The notes: a model not told the origin generated them from the sequence alone. A stretch of 64,000 nt of DNA from Mayamaea pseudoterrestris (GCA_027923505.1 BROI01000012.1:744001-808000), one strand, 5' to 3'; numbered from the stretch's first letter, positions 11,875 through 23,183 are shown. Numbers and translations are program-made.

Positions 11875-12380
11875 GTATGTATTGGCAGAATGTTCTGTTG
11901 CGAAATTGCTCGTTGTCGAAGTCACTTACAAAACCGGTAAGACATGAAAAATCTTTTGATCGGCGCCGATCGCTGAATCTTTATCATACCTTCTCGCGAG
12001 GAAGAGGGACCTGCAGGCCACTAATGCATCGCCACACCACAACAATCAAATGAATTAGATTCTATCAAAAGATTATCATGTCAAATCGTCATAAGTCCAC
12101 ACTTTGATGCAAATTTTTATGGTCTTCATTATCAGGTGACAGGTGTGTGAGGTGCGACTCAACGACATCCGACCTGCAAGCTGCGACCTGCGAGCTGCGA
12201 CCCCCGACCTGATGTGCGATGCGTGAGGTATGAGGTATGGCGATGTAATAAGGTCGACAAGCATTCCGAAACCTTCGCTCATGGACTTTCTAGGATCCAT
12301 ATGAGAATGCTTGCTTTCGATTGAAAAATACAATCGTCTGCTGGTCGACAAGACACAAGTAAAGTTTTCGTTTCGCTATC

Positions 12381-13205
12381 ATGTTGTCATCAACTTATAA
12401 ACAATATTTCTACCCGTTCGTTGACAAAGATACAGTGGTAATCTGCAAAAAGTGTTTGATAAAGCTTAAGGCCTCGGCCGTGAGCCATCATCTTAAACGG
12501 GACGCCTGTGAAAGCACCCAAGCATACTCACGGACAGTTGCGATGATGGCAAAGTGTGATCTACCTATTCCCCACCCGAAGACAGGACAATAGTTCCCAT
12601 ATCTCTATCCAGGAAATGAAATGGTGGAGGATATGGACGCCTTTAAACAAGAGATTTTCAAAATCTTCGACCAAAAGATGAACGAAGAAGAGGAATGGAT
12701 TAAATTTTGGAATGTTGCTGTTCTTTCGAACTTGACGCGTAACTATAAACCTACAGTAGACGGTCCCATCAAACATAGTGTCGCTGACGACAAGAGGTCT
12801 GTAGTCCATGCTGAACACCCTTCCCAGAAGTTCTTTCGAGGAAGTGCAGAGCCGGCGAACCAGATGGCTGCTCCCCAGCTCCAGACAGCAATGAGTGAAA
12901 AGCTGCTGCACAAGACCTTGGGTGCCCAAAGCTGTCACGCGGCGAAATCTCCGGCGGCAAAACACCCACTTGGCCCGTCAACGACTCACAAGCGCAAAGG
13001 TTCTGCCATGGCTTCAAACGAGGCAGAGAGCACCACAAACAATTTTATCCATCGCGATGTAGCCTTGCGTGAGCGCAAGCGCGGTGATCGCTTCAAGGAG
13101 AAAGCTGAAATGTACCAAGCTCAGCGAGATGAGTATGCGCAGCGTCTTGCTGAACTCTCTGACGAATTGTCCAAGGTCCAAGAGAAACTCAAGCCGACAA
13201 AGTAA
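12381..13205 (+). pseudogene. Orphan gene with N-terminal CxxC..H Zn-finger-like motif and C-terminal coiled coil, interrupted by one in-frame TAG
   Basis: ORFs 12381-12593 and 12621-13205 are in the same frame, separated only by TAG (12591-12593) plus nine sense codons; ICKKCLIKLKASAVSHHLKRDAC. Confidence 0.45.
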
Positions 13206-13686
13206 AGATGGAAAGGTCGTGCAGCATTGGAGGTTTACATGATGTATGAACTTTATGAAATGATTGTGATTGGATACGACAGTGGTGCATATCTGCGTGT
13301 CATCTATTAAAACTACTTCATCTTTGTCATAGCGAGTGTATCCCTTTCCTGTTTACATTTGCGACGTTGTGATCTTGCACGAGTGCAGCCAACTCGCGCC
13401 AATTTAAATTTGCTACCTATTCCAAGGTTCTAAAAGCAGGTTACTGACTACAGCTGCATAGCATATAGTATCCACTTTGCCACAAGCAGATTCCATCGCC
13501 AGTAAACAATGCGCGGCTTTTGCTTCCAAAACCTGGGTAGTCTGACTCTCATCGGTACTGGCCGGGATCGTTGTCCATGGCGGAGGGTCAGCCCGCGACC
13601 ACACAAAACCTTTCATCGGTGACCATCAAACAGATTGGAGCAAGATAGGAAGCAGCTAGAGCAAGTATAGAGTTCGGCAAGCGATC

Positions 13687-15273
13687 ATGACGACAGTAGC
13701 TAAATCGATAAGCCCCATTTTGACGAGGCTACGAGCGGATGAAGGGCAAGTCGTTGCTTCCGTCGACAGCGGTAGCGGTCATCCCAATGACGAACAGATT
13801 TCAGTTTTGCCAATGTACCGATTACGCCCAAAGGCTAAACTGTGGCAACTCAATGAGATGGATCCATCGCTATTTTGGAAATTTGTCCAAGGTCCAGGAT
13901 TTGCTCTTCAGATCTCGAAAACACTTTGCGCAATCCTTTGCAACTACGATCACACCCCATGCTTGAAACATCGCAACGGAGAAGAGTACACGGACATTGG
14001 CCCTCAGCTGTCATCGGCTGCCGACGGCAGAAGAGAGAAATTACGTGCCAAGATCACATGCTTTGTACTACCAAGCTCCTTGAGCAAAGAGGAGCTGCTT
14101 CAAGTCAAGCGCGACTATGAAGTCCTTTTACGATTTGTGACGGGCTGGCCAATGTTGGGCAGTCAGCCACTCGAGAGAAATATTTTCATCGAAATTAATC
14201 CCGATTTTGACTACGCCGATGACCTGGAAGATATCTTCTCAGCAGAATGCGTGCAGACATGCTTTGCGCAGCAAGGTTGGGATGAAACAGCAAATCTAAG
14301 GCTCGCTGAGTTCCACCCTTCTCAAGCCATGTGGACAGCTCTGGCAAACCACCCCTTCAACGATTTGACACTCTTAGGATATATCACTATACCACGGAGT
14401 TTTCTGCGGCAGCATCGGTGCGCTAGCCTCACTGTGCATTGCCAACCAAGCCCAGAAGAAGCACCGGAAGCTTGTGCAGCAGGAATTGCGCCGATTCACA
14501 TAGACGCCGACAGTGATACGTTTTGGACGCCGCAAGATGCCGATGATTTTCTCCATACTTGGTTGACAGCGTCTAGTAACTTGTTGATCCACGATGCGCG
14601 ATTTAAAGAAGAATCATGGAATCGCTTTTGGCAGTCGCCAATATTGCTGAACAACACGACTTGCGCGTCCCTCACGTTTGTGGAAAGCATAATCCACGAT
14701 AAGGATTTGAGCCATGAGCATTTTGGTGTTATTCCGAAGTCGACATGGATAGTGGAGTGGTTGTCGAATGAGCGTACGCGTTCGAAAGGGACACTACGTG
14801 TCCGACGCAACCTTGCAGCGCTTTCCCAAAGCTCCATGGCGTATTTTCGCCCGGAACAAAATCCACTACTTGGAGACAAACCTCCACTTGATGCAAGACA
14901 GTCAGTGATTCTAGAAGCCCTTTTGCGCGCAGCCAATGATCCGACCCATGTATTCAATTTATCCAAAGTGTACGCGCCAGTCTTGCTGGCACCTCGCACA
15001 TCGGAAGCCTGCGTTCACGACACTGAAACGTCTCTGGTTGAACTCCGTGCGCTGGGAATTGATCACCAAACGACCATTGAAATGCTTGTGCAAGCCAACA
15101 ATACACTGCAGGAGCAACGAGCACGGGACAACCAGGAAATGCGCGACATTGTCCGACGAATGGAAGAGGAAAAAAGGTTGCGTCAGCAAGAAACCCAGCG
15201 ACTGGAATCGAGATTGCGGGCATTGGAAAGCGAGAATCGTTTGCTTCGGTCGAAGGCACGCGATGGCGGATGA
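13687..15273 (+). CDS. Hypothetical protein with C-terminal coiled coil
   Basis: 528-aa intronless ATG ORF; heptad-rich C-terminus (LQEQRARDNQEMRDIVRRMEEEKRLRQQE). Confidence 0.7.
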   Translation: MTTVAKSISPILTRLRADEGQVVASVDSGSGHPNDEQISVLPMYRLRPKAKLWQLNEMDPSLFWKFVQGPGFALQISKTLCAILCNYDHTPCLKHRNGEEYTDIGPQLSSAADGRREKLRAKITCFVLPSSLSKEELLQVKRDYEVLLRFVTGWPMLGSQPLERNIFIEINPDFDYADDLEDIFSAECVQTCFAQQGWDETANLRLAEFHPSQAMWTALANHPFNDLTLLGYITIPRSFLRQHRCASLTVHCQPSPEEAPEACAAGIAPIHIDADSDTFWTPQDADDFLHTWLTASSNLLIHDARFKEESWNRFWQSPILLNNTTCASLTFVESIIHDKDLSHEHFGVIPKSTWIVEWLSNERTRSKGTLRVRRNLAALSQSSMAYFRPEQNPLLGDKPPLDARQSVILEALLRAANDPTHVFNLSKVYAPVLLAPRTSEACVHDTETSLVELRALGIDHQTTIEMLVQANNTLQEQRARDNQEMRDIVRRMEEEKRLRQQETQRLESRLRALESENRLLRSKARDGG

Positions 15274-15628
15274 AAGAAGAACATGATTCAGCTTGTCTGT
15301 GACGGAGAAGTTGTTCATCTATGCGGGCTCGGCATATCATATTTGCGGCCATACCGTAAATACAAGGCCATGCGCCAAGACTACAGGATGGCTTCGTCAT
15401 TGTTCTAAATATACCTTAACCGTAAATTTGTGTTTTTCGCTTCATCGTTACGTTCTGTATCGGCGAGTCAGATGTGGCAGGGATCTGCGTGTTAGCTGGG
15501 TTTTCTTTGGTGTGCTTGCTTACGTCATGCACCTCTCGCGCTCGGCTGATCGAATCGCATCCTGTCAAAATGGACATGGCCGATATCTGCGTTGAAGATG
15601 GCCGTTACGTTGTTTGAAGTCGTCCCTT

Positions 15629-18600
15629 ATGTCTAGTAACATGGTGCCAGGGAAACGGCAAAGAAATGCAGTCGGTCAAACTGGCGCCTCGATTTCACTT
15701 CCAGTTGGGCTCCTTGTGATTTGCTCGCTTTTGCTCATCGAATCGCCCCATTCATTGGCTTTCACAGTCAAGACATCAGCGATTAGCTCAAGGCATCTAT
15801 ACAAGCAGGACTATAGGTTATACAGAAAGACTGAAAGAAATGTTTTGCATGATTTAAATGGGAATATTGAATCAGAACAGCAGCGACGGCAAGAGAAGTT
15901 AATGTCTTTCGACTCGACTTCATATCTGACTGCTGCCAATCTACTACTTCCGTTCTATGACAAGACAATCAACGACTCTACGTTAACTTCATCGCGACGA
16001 AATCTATTTGCATCCAGTCTCATCGCCGCTGGAACGTTCCTTGCGGCAGCCGATGCTGGCAATGCCGCCACGTTGAGCAATGTCAATGTCGCCTACAGCC
16101 AAACCTCCAAACTCGTTTGGTCATCGACACCTGTCAACAAGCGATACGGTGTGACTGTCTTTGACGCCGAGCAAGCGGGATACAATGTTCCATTCGTCAC
16201 CTACTTGAGTCGCTTTCTCTTATGCTTTGACCAAGATTGCCAACGCTGGTGGTACAATCGAGCAGCAGATATTCCCCGAACGGCCAACCGAGCAAAAGTC
16301 AATGAGCTTCGGCTCGCCCAGTTTGCCGCCTTTTCGGCTAGTGTTGCCGTTGGACTACAAGAGTACCGCGACCCAAAGACTGGTTCAAAGACATTGATGC
16401 AGTCGCTGCTAAGTCGGTATTGTCCGGATGTTTCGCAAATGGAAGCTGTCAGAGCGATTCGCTATGATGCTGGGCAAAGCATGTCGGATAGTGAAATGCA
16501 GCGGGAGGATCGCGAAATTAAAGAGGCGCGACGTCAGATTGCATTGCTGTTTGGATTGTTGGAAGAGAATCAGCCCGTGGAAGATATTACAAAGCTATTG
16601 GCGGCGATTGATAATGGAAGCATTACTTCTGTACGCATTGTTGATCCAGGAAGTGGATACGCTCCTGGATACGGGCCGCCCGAAGTCAAGTTTCCACCAC
16701 CAGAGGCGGGAGAAGGCTACGAGACTGCAACGGGTAGAGCTACACTTCGACCAAATGGCAAGATATTGCGGATTGACATTGTCAACCGCGGGGGAGGCTA
16801 CACCAAGCCGCCGACGGTTACGGTCGCCCCTCCAGCGTCGATTCGATTTGGCGATGCGGCGGCTGAACGAGCTGAAACGGCGGAAGCCAAGGTTCTATTG
16901 TTTCGTAGCGGCGTCAACAAGGGTCGAATCGAGCGCATTCAGCTCATTAATCCAGGCGCTGGCTACACTGCCAACGAAATCATCAAGGTTCGCATAGATC
17001 CACCCGATGCTGCGCCACAGGAGGGAGGGATCACTGCCACAGCCACTGCCGTATTGGAGTACCAAGTCGGCGACATTGTCATTGTCAATAACGGAACCGG
17101 ATACGCGGTGGAGAAGCCAATATCTGTTTTCGTTGAACCTCCTCCCATTACCGCCAGAGTTAACATGAACGATCCGCTCATGGCTCGCATTGTTGCTCCC
17201 GACAAGCCGCTCCCAGCAACCACGATTCCGTCAAAGGAAATGCGAAGAAAAATGCCACCACCAGAAGACCCCAGCTCAATGGCGTATCGCTTGATAACAG
17301 ATGCTAGAGCAGATGGCAAGGGAGGGGCGGGCGGCTGCATCGGCCGAGGGTGCTACGACAGCCCAGTAATTGCGACAGCATACCCGCGAGCTGAAAGGGA
17401 CAGCTACAATATGTTTCGCAATGAGGATGATGCTCGCAAACCAAGGCAAATTGAGAATGCGCTGGAGATTCGAGGAGCGACCGCGTTCCAGGATACGCAA
17501 CGAATGATGCGTGTGAGTGCGTCTGGCGACGATAAGTCAGACAGTTCGAAACGTGTCTTGGACTTTGGATTGTCGTCTCCGTCAACTGAGCTGCTGTCCC
17601 TGCTCCCCGCTGGTGTGGGACTTGAGTTTAATAGTGAAGTTGGTCGATACCAATTGGTATCTGATCCAACTGTCATCGGCATAGGACAAGACACATCGAA
17701 GAAAGCTCTTGACCCAGATTTTGGACCTCGAGGTCGTTCGCCGATTGAAAAGGAGATGGACCTGGGTCTGGATACTTATTTACGCTTTGTCGCATCCGGT
17801 GCCATTTGCTGCTCTGGCGTCCATCTGCTACTAACGCCGATTGACGTATTGAAAACAAAGGTACAAACGGACCCCGTCAAGTATCCAGGTGTGGTGAAAG
17901 CATTTCAACGAATTTCGCAGGAGGAAGGAGTTGGCACATTTTTTACCGGATGGGTGCCAACCTTTCTGGGCTTTTTCGTTTGGGGCGGCGTATCCTATGC
18001 CCTTACTGAATTCCTGCGTCGAGCATTGACGGTAGTCTTTGCCGATAATGCGACGCAGTTGGAGGTCTTGATCATTTTGCTCGCCTCCGGTGCTGCATCC
18101 TTCCTTGGATGCTTTGTCATTTGCCCGTTCGAAGCGGTGCGCATTCGCTCTGTCGCACAACCCGACTATGCACGCTCCATTGTCGACGTATTCAAACGCA
18201 TTGTCAAAGAGGAAGGCGTGTCATCACTTTTTAGCGCCGTCCCTGTCTTCTTTACCAAGGAGATTCCATTTGCCATGGCCAAGTTTACCGTCTTTGACAT
18301 ATCAACAACCATGTTGTATGAAGCCTTTCCGGCAGCAAACGAAGATTTGCAGCTGTCACTGCTGGTCAGTCTTGCTGGAGGAACACTCGGAGGCTTTTGT
18401 GCCGCCGTAGTGAGCAATCCAGCCGATGTCATCATTAGTGAAATGAAAAAGTCGAAGAACGATTCGGGGCCAGTGGCAGCAGCGTCCATGGTCTTGGAGC
18501 GAGGCGGACCTCCTTCGCTATTTCGAGGTTTGCCATTGCGTTTGGTCTTTTATGCCTTGATTGTATCGCTGCAATTCTTGGTGTACGACGCTGTCCGTTT

Positions 18601-18685
18601 CGCGTTGGGCATTGGCAAGGATGATCTGAAACTGTACCTGGATGTTTTGGGCGGAGCGCTCAGCGAAGGTGGCGGGCCAGTGTGA
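15629..18685 (+). CDS. Mitochondrial-carrier-family (phosphate-carrier-like) protein with ~700-aa N-terminal extension, probably plastid-targeted
   Basis: C-terminal ~300 aa show three carrier signatures (PIDVLKTK, PFEAVRIR, PADVIISE) and PiC/Mir1-like context (GAICCSGVH, GWVPTFLG, KEIPFAMAKF); N-terminal signal peptide ends SLA-F. Confidence 0.88.
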   Translation: MSSNMVPGKRQRNAVGQTGASISLPVGLLVICSLLLIESPHSLAFTVKTSAISSRHLYKQDYRLYRKTERNVLHDLNGNIESEQQRRQEKLMSFDSTSYLTAANLLLPFYDKTINDSTLTSSRRNLFASSLIAAGTFLAAADAGNAATLSNVNVAYSQTSKLVWSSTPVNKRYGVTVFDAEQAGYNVPFVTYLSRFLLCFDQDCQRWWYNRAADIPRTANRAKVNELRLAQFAAFSASVAVGLQEYRDPKTGSKTLMQSLLSRYCPDVSQMEAVRAIRYDAGQSMSDSEMQREDREIKEARRQIALLFGLLEENQPVEDITKLLAAIDNGSITSVRIVDPGSGYAPGYGPPEVKFPPPEAGEGYETATGRATLRPNGKILRIDIVNRGGGYTKPPTVTVAPPASIRFGDAAAERAETAEAKVLLFRSGVNKGRIERIQLINPGAGYTANEIIKVRIDPPDAAPQEGGITATATAVLEYQVGDIVIVNNGTGYAVEKPISVFVEPPPITARVNMNDPLMARIVAPDKPLPATTIPSKEMRRKMPPPEDPSSMAYRLITDARADGKGGAGGCIGRGCYDSPVIATAYPRAERDSYNMFRNEDDARKPRQIENALEIRGATAFQDTQRMMRVSASGDDKSDSSKRVLDFGLSSPSTELLSLLPAGVGLEFNSEVGRYQLVSDPTVIGIGQDTSKKALDPDFGPRGRSPIEKEMDLGLDTYLRFVASGAICCSGVHLLLTPIDVLKTKVQTDPVKYPGVVKAFQRISQEEGVGTFFTGWVPTFLGFFVWGGVSYALTEFLRRALTVVFADNATQLEVLIILLASGAASFLGCFVICPFEAVRIRSVAQPDYARSIVDVFKRIVKEEGVSSLFSAVPVFFTKEIPFAMAKFTVFDISTTMLYEAFPAANEDLQLSLLVSLAGGTLGGFCAAVVSNPADVIISEMKKSKNDSGPVAAASMVLERGGPPSLFRGLPLRLVFYALIVSLQFLVYDAVRFALGIGKDDLKLYLDVLGGALSEGGGPV

Positions 18686-18919
18686 ACAAGGAAAGGAAGC
18701 AGACGCCACTTTCCTTGGGCATGCCGACAGTCGGATTTGATAGCGAAACCCTCTCGCGTGGATCTGTATATGCAACTTGAAACGCAACGCTTGATCAGCA
18801 ACAGGATGAAAGAAACTACATACTATAGAGCTAATATCATACAATCTAGACAAGCTATTACATCTACCTCAATCAGAAAACTTATTGAACCCTGCTTGCT
18901 TGCCAAAGCAGAATGGAGC

Positions 18920-19609
18920 CTAGTTCTTTTTCTTGTCAGCCGCAGGCTTTGTAGCCGTCGCTGGCTTGCTATACTTGCCATCCACTAACCGCTGATAGAG
19001 CTTGTCAATCTCTTGGTTTAAACCAATCTCATCAAAGTAGCCATCCTTGTCAAAGAATTTCCCAACACTCCAAGTCTGCTCAACCTTGAGCAATGGCTTG
19101 TCTCGAATCTCCAAACTAACTGTGTACCATTCACTAAACCGAGGCAACTGACTGCGGACGCACACTCCATTGCTCTTGGCCAAGTCATTATTCGAGCACT
19201 TGGTTGGCGGAAGCGTTGCAAGAATCGAGTCGCGATCAATATAGGTAGTAATGAGCTGCAATGCTCCACTCAATGCGAAATACAGGCACCCGCAGACTCC
19301 CAGTAGCGGCCGTGACTCCGGAAACGGAATGGGCGCAAACTGCCCAATCATGGCAAAGACACAAGCAAGAGTCATGAGCAGCAGCTTAAAGTTATCCCAC
19401 TTGGTATCCTCCTGAATGTAGTGATGGGAAGGCTCGACAATTGCTTGGGCAACGGCTTCGTCCAAGACTTGCTTGAGTTTAACCATGTCGCCGAGTTCAA
19501 TCTGGAGAAGCTCCTCCTGCTGCGCATTGATTTCAGTCGCGGGAGTTTCAACAGCATCGACAGCTGCAACCACTGGCGTCGTGTTACTTTTACTTGAAGA
19601 AGGAGCCAT
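18920..19609 (-). CDS. SPCS2: Signal peptidase complex subunit 2 (SPC25 family)
   Basis: DMVKLKQVLDEAV, two TM helices around PFPESRPLLGVC, RSQLPRFSEWY and SVGKFFDKDG, all typical of Spc2. Confidence 0.85.
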   Translation of the reverse strand: MAPSSSKSNTTPVVAAVDAVETPATEINAQQEELLQIELGDMVKLKQVLDEAVAQAIVEPSHHYIQEDTKWDNFKLLLMTLACVFAMIGQFAPIPFPESRPLLGVCGCLYFALSGALQLITTYIDRDSILATLPPTKCSNNDLAKSNGVCVRSQLPRFSEWYTVSLEIRDKPLLKVEQTWSVGKFFDKDGYFDEIGLNQEIDKLYQRLVDGKYSKPATATKPAADKKKN

Positions 19610-19905
19610 GGTATATCAAGTAGTAGCAGCCGTGACGGATGAGATGAAGCCTTGCAGCGTGGAGGTTTCTTTCTCGTCATGGTTGCGACGAGCGGCTGTC
19701 GCATCGATTCAGCAATCATGAATACTCATGTCGTTTCGTGACTGCTGCACCTTGCAGATCCATCAACCGCGACGATGACGGACGTCACTTTCGGCAGCGC
19801 CGCATCTTGCTTTGGAGAACTCTATAGCTGCTGTAGCTGGTCCTAACGATTGCTACTACCCGTTGAACAATACTTGGAAGCAGATCTTATAATAAGAATC
19901 TTATT

Positions 19906-20724
19906 ATGTCAGGCAATAACCTCAAAAAGGCCGGCGAGCGAGTCGCCAAGACGGTCCTCCGTCCACCTCGCGCCGTGACGGTCGCCGAAGCCAAGGCCAA
20001 AACTATTGCGGAACCGACTCGCATCGACACCAAGTCAGCCACAACGACCATGATGCCATGGAAGGGATGGATTTCACGCATGCTGGAGGATACCCTTGGC
20101 AAGGAGCGCTACGAAAAGATGCGCGAAGTCGTCTTTTTCATGCCCAAGGATTTGTACGACTTGACGCCGGCGCCCATTCCATCCAAGAAGATTCGCATCT
20201 CCAAACCAGAGTTTCCGGAAGTAAAGGCTGCTTACCGATACCCATCTCCTGGTTCGCAGCCGATTGTTCGTGAACCAGAGTTCGAGGAAAATGAAGACCC
20301 GTATGATACAGGCTATTTCAAGCGCGACACGCGCAGACGCTATCTGTCGAGTGAGCAGCCAGCTCCACCCATGGTGCAGCGCCTTCAAGTGGAACTGTTG
20401 GAGGCGCATGCGCCAGAAGCGGCTGCCGAAGTCAAGCACGCGTTGGAAGCTGGTCCGCAGAGTAGTCGAGGCAACAAGGGAGTCTTTGCGACTGGACCAA
20501 GTGACTTTGATCCAACGGGACTGAGAGCGACCATGAGTGTCAATTGGAAGAGCTTGAATGAAAGTTTGGATGCCAACATGCCGAATCACTTGCCGACGCC
20601 AGTTTGGGCTGGTCATGAGGATGAAATCAAGGCCTGGTACCAGGAGCGAAACTTGCCAGTTCCAATTGGGGCTTACTACTCGGCGCTCAAGGTTCCAGTG
20701 GAAAGGCGAGTTGCTCGTTGGTAA
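19906..20724 (+). CDS. Probable mitochondrial complex I accessory subunit (NUZM/21.3-kDa, NDUFA7-like)
   Basis: Motifs YRYPSPGSQP and PYDTGYFKRDTRRRY resemble fungal NUZM (recalled; no search run). Confidence 0.6.
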   Translation: MSGNNLKKAGERVAKTVLRPPRAVTVAEAKAKTIAEPTRIDTKSATTTMMPWKGWISRMLEDTLGKERYEKMREVVFFMPKDLYDLTPAPIPSKKIRISKPEFPEVKAAYRYPSPGSQPIVREPEFEENEDPYDTGYFKRDTRRRYLSSEQPAPPMVQRLQVELLEAHAPEAAAEVKHALEAGPQSSRGNKGVFATGPSDFDPTGLRATMSVNWKSLNESLDANMPNHLPTPVWAGHEDEIKAWYQERNLPVPIGAYYSALKVPVERRVARW

Positions 20725-21965
20725 CGTCTTCATGAAGGAGTAGTTTACTGCTTCATTGGTTAATAAATTTGTTATAAATCCAAGCAACGATACTTGATGT
20801 AATAGAAGTGCCACAGACAAGCGGTGGTTGTGTGCTGTGGACGAGTAGCTATCCGATTTTTGCTCGATTGAATTAAACTCGAACGACTGCTGCCTTTAAT
20901 CATAGCTGTACAGTTTGGACCGACTACAGAAGATGAAACATCTTCCAAATGTACCGGTACGGCAAACAAGTGCTTAGTAGTTAAGTGAGATAACGTTTGC
21001 GACTCAAAAGTTTACGTTTTAACTGCACTATAAATTTGAGGAGTTTCGCTTCAGCTAGTCGTGCTCCTCTCTTGTGCATGCCAGGAAAGTCATTTAAGAC
21101 TGGCGAATGACCTCTCCCTTGTGCTTCTTGGTAATGCGGACATCTGGGCAAGTGGTAATCTTGCGCGTCATGAAATAGGAGCAACCGGCAATGGCAATGC
21201 CAAGAATGGTAATGACTGCAGTTGGAGACATATGCATGTAAGATTATGTGGAGAGACAAAGTGAACTTTCTGCTACATCGCGACATGCCCATCGCTTTGA
21301 TCAATACAAAGAATGGCAAATGACATTCATTGCCAGTCGCGCGCCAATAACTTACTTGGGTAGGTGGAAACATCGGACAACCAAATCTGGCGGAACGAAG
21401 CCTGGGAGCCAGCATTGCGTGTCTGAATGCCAGCAAATTGGCGAGTGGCCCTGTCAATTAAAGAGCGACATGAGTGATGAGAAACAAGTCATGGCAGCAT
21501 TATTATCTGTTCGATAGAGGTGCCGATGATACAACGGCCCGCTGAAGTGATTTCCTGCTCCGTTTGCGGCGCCGCTTTCGGCTATCAACACGTACCGAGG
21601 GAGCATGGTGGAGGAGGCACGGCCTAGAGCGTTCATGGTGTTGTTCTTTTCGACAATTAAAGTGAAATGCACCGTATGGGACAGGATTAATCGGCCTTGT
21701 CGGCATGGGTCGTCCGAGACAACATTCGATTGGCTCCCAAATCGGGCGCGTCACGTGGGCGAAGATGCCACCACGCACGAACGTGGGGCTATAGTTGAAA
21801 ACGTGTTCAGACGTACGTCACAAGAGGAAAAACGGACGACGGACAAGCGCTTGAAGGTGAAACGCGATCTTGCAGAAAGCTTTCTTCACCCTGGCAACGT
21901 TTGCACACGCGACCGATCTTCAGATCCATCAGCAAGCTCACAATTTCCAAACAACGTCAAGCAAA

Positions 21966-22732
21966 ATGAAGTTCACCATCGCCGCCTCCCTTGTCGCCTC
22001 TGCCGCCGCCTTCGCCCCGGCCCAGCAAGCCTCCAAGTCGTCCTCGATCGCTGCCTTCGAGAACGAGCTCGGTGCCCAGGTAAGCTTGACAATCGGCTTT
22101 TTCAGTCATGGCAGTCATGTTGAAGTTTTATACTGACGATCCATTGCTCCTTTATCTACCTCTAGGCCCCGCTTGGATTCTTCGACCCCCTTGGCCTTGT
22201 CGCTGACGGAGACCAGGAGAAGTTCGACCGCCTCCGTGGAGTTGAGCTCAAGCACGGACGTATCTCCATGCTTGCCGTTGTCGGATACCTCGTCACCGAG
22301 GCCGGGTAAGTTGCAGTAGCTGAAAGGTTACCCACCACACATGTGGCTCGACATAACATGTTTCTAACTATCAAAACCTTTCTTTGCATCTACAGAATCC
22401 GCCTTCCAGGAGCCATCGACCTCAGTGGAAAGACCTTCGCGTCCATCCCAGGTGGATTCGCCGCCTTCAAGGAGATCCCTGCCGGTGGACTTGTCCAGCT
22501 CCTCTTCTTCGTTGGAGTCCTTGAGAGCAGTGTCATGCGTGACTTGACCGGAGAGGCCGAGTTCGTCGGTGACTTCCGCAACGGCGCCATTGACTTCGGC
22601 TGGGACTCGTTCGACGAGGAGACCCAATTCAAGAAGCGTGCCATCGAGCTCAACCAGGGACGTGCCGCCCAAATGGGAATCCTCGCCCTTATGGTCCACG
22701 AGCAACTTGGAGTCTCAATCCTTCCCCAGTAA
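21966..22732 (+). CDS. Lhcf: Fucoxanthin-chlorophyll a/c binding protein (Lhcf type), 3 exons
   Basis: Exons 21966-22079, 22166-22305 and 22396-22732; [18 protein letters not shown] presequence; [48 protein letters not shown]; strong C-ending codon bias. Confidence 0.97.
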
Positions 22733-23183
22733 ATTGCTAACGGGAAGCTGCTGTGCGCTTAGCATGATCTAAACTAACTTAATAGTTTCATGTTTGATGC
22801 AACAATATTTTTATGCTTTAGGAATTTCTCGTCCACGCTTACTCTCTGCATGTTGCCATCAATGACTGCACTTCAAAGAAGTCAATGAACCTCCTTGGAC
22901 ACCCTTGGTGTTTGAGTGGAACGATGGCACATGGCTTATCATGAAACCACCGCTGCACGAACTCCCTTGCCGTCACTCCATCTCTTTAGCAGCAGTGGTT
23001 GCAGCTTTGAAGATGACCTGCAAGAGTCGCGACGCTACCGGTAGAAGCAGCTGCAACCCGAACACCGAGGATAGATGCTATCGTACTGGTACTGTGTGAG
23101 TCTCTCCGGTTCTGCTTTGAGAAACGCACGCACGGCTTCCACCATGACGGCGACGCAAGACCAGATTCTTCCAACTCATCACG

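Noticed and set aside
20074..20820. Long antisense ORFs over real genes (248 aa here; also 29376-29972 and 54019-54615)
   Set aside because: Shadow frames of the coding strand with no independent motifs.
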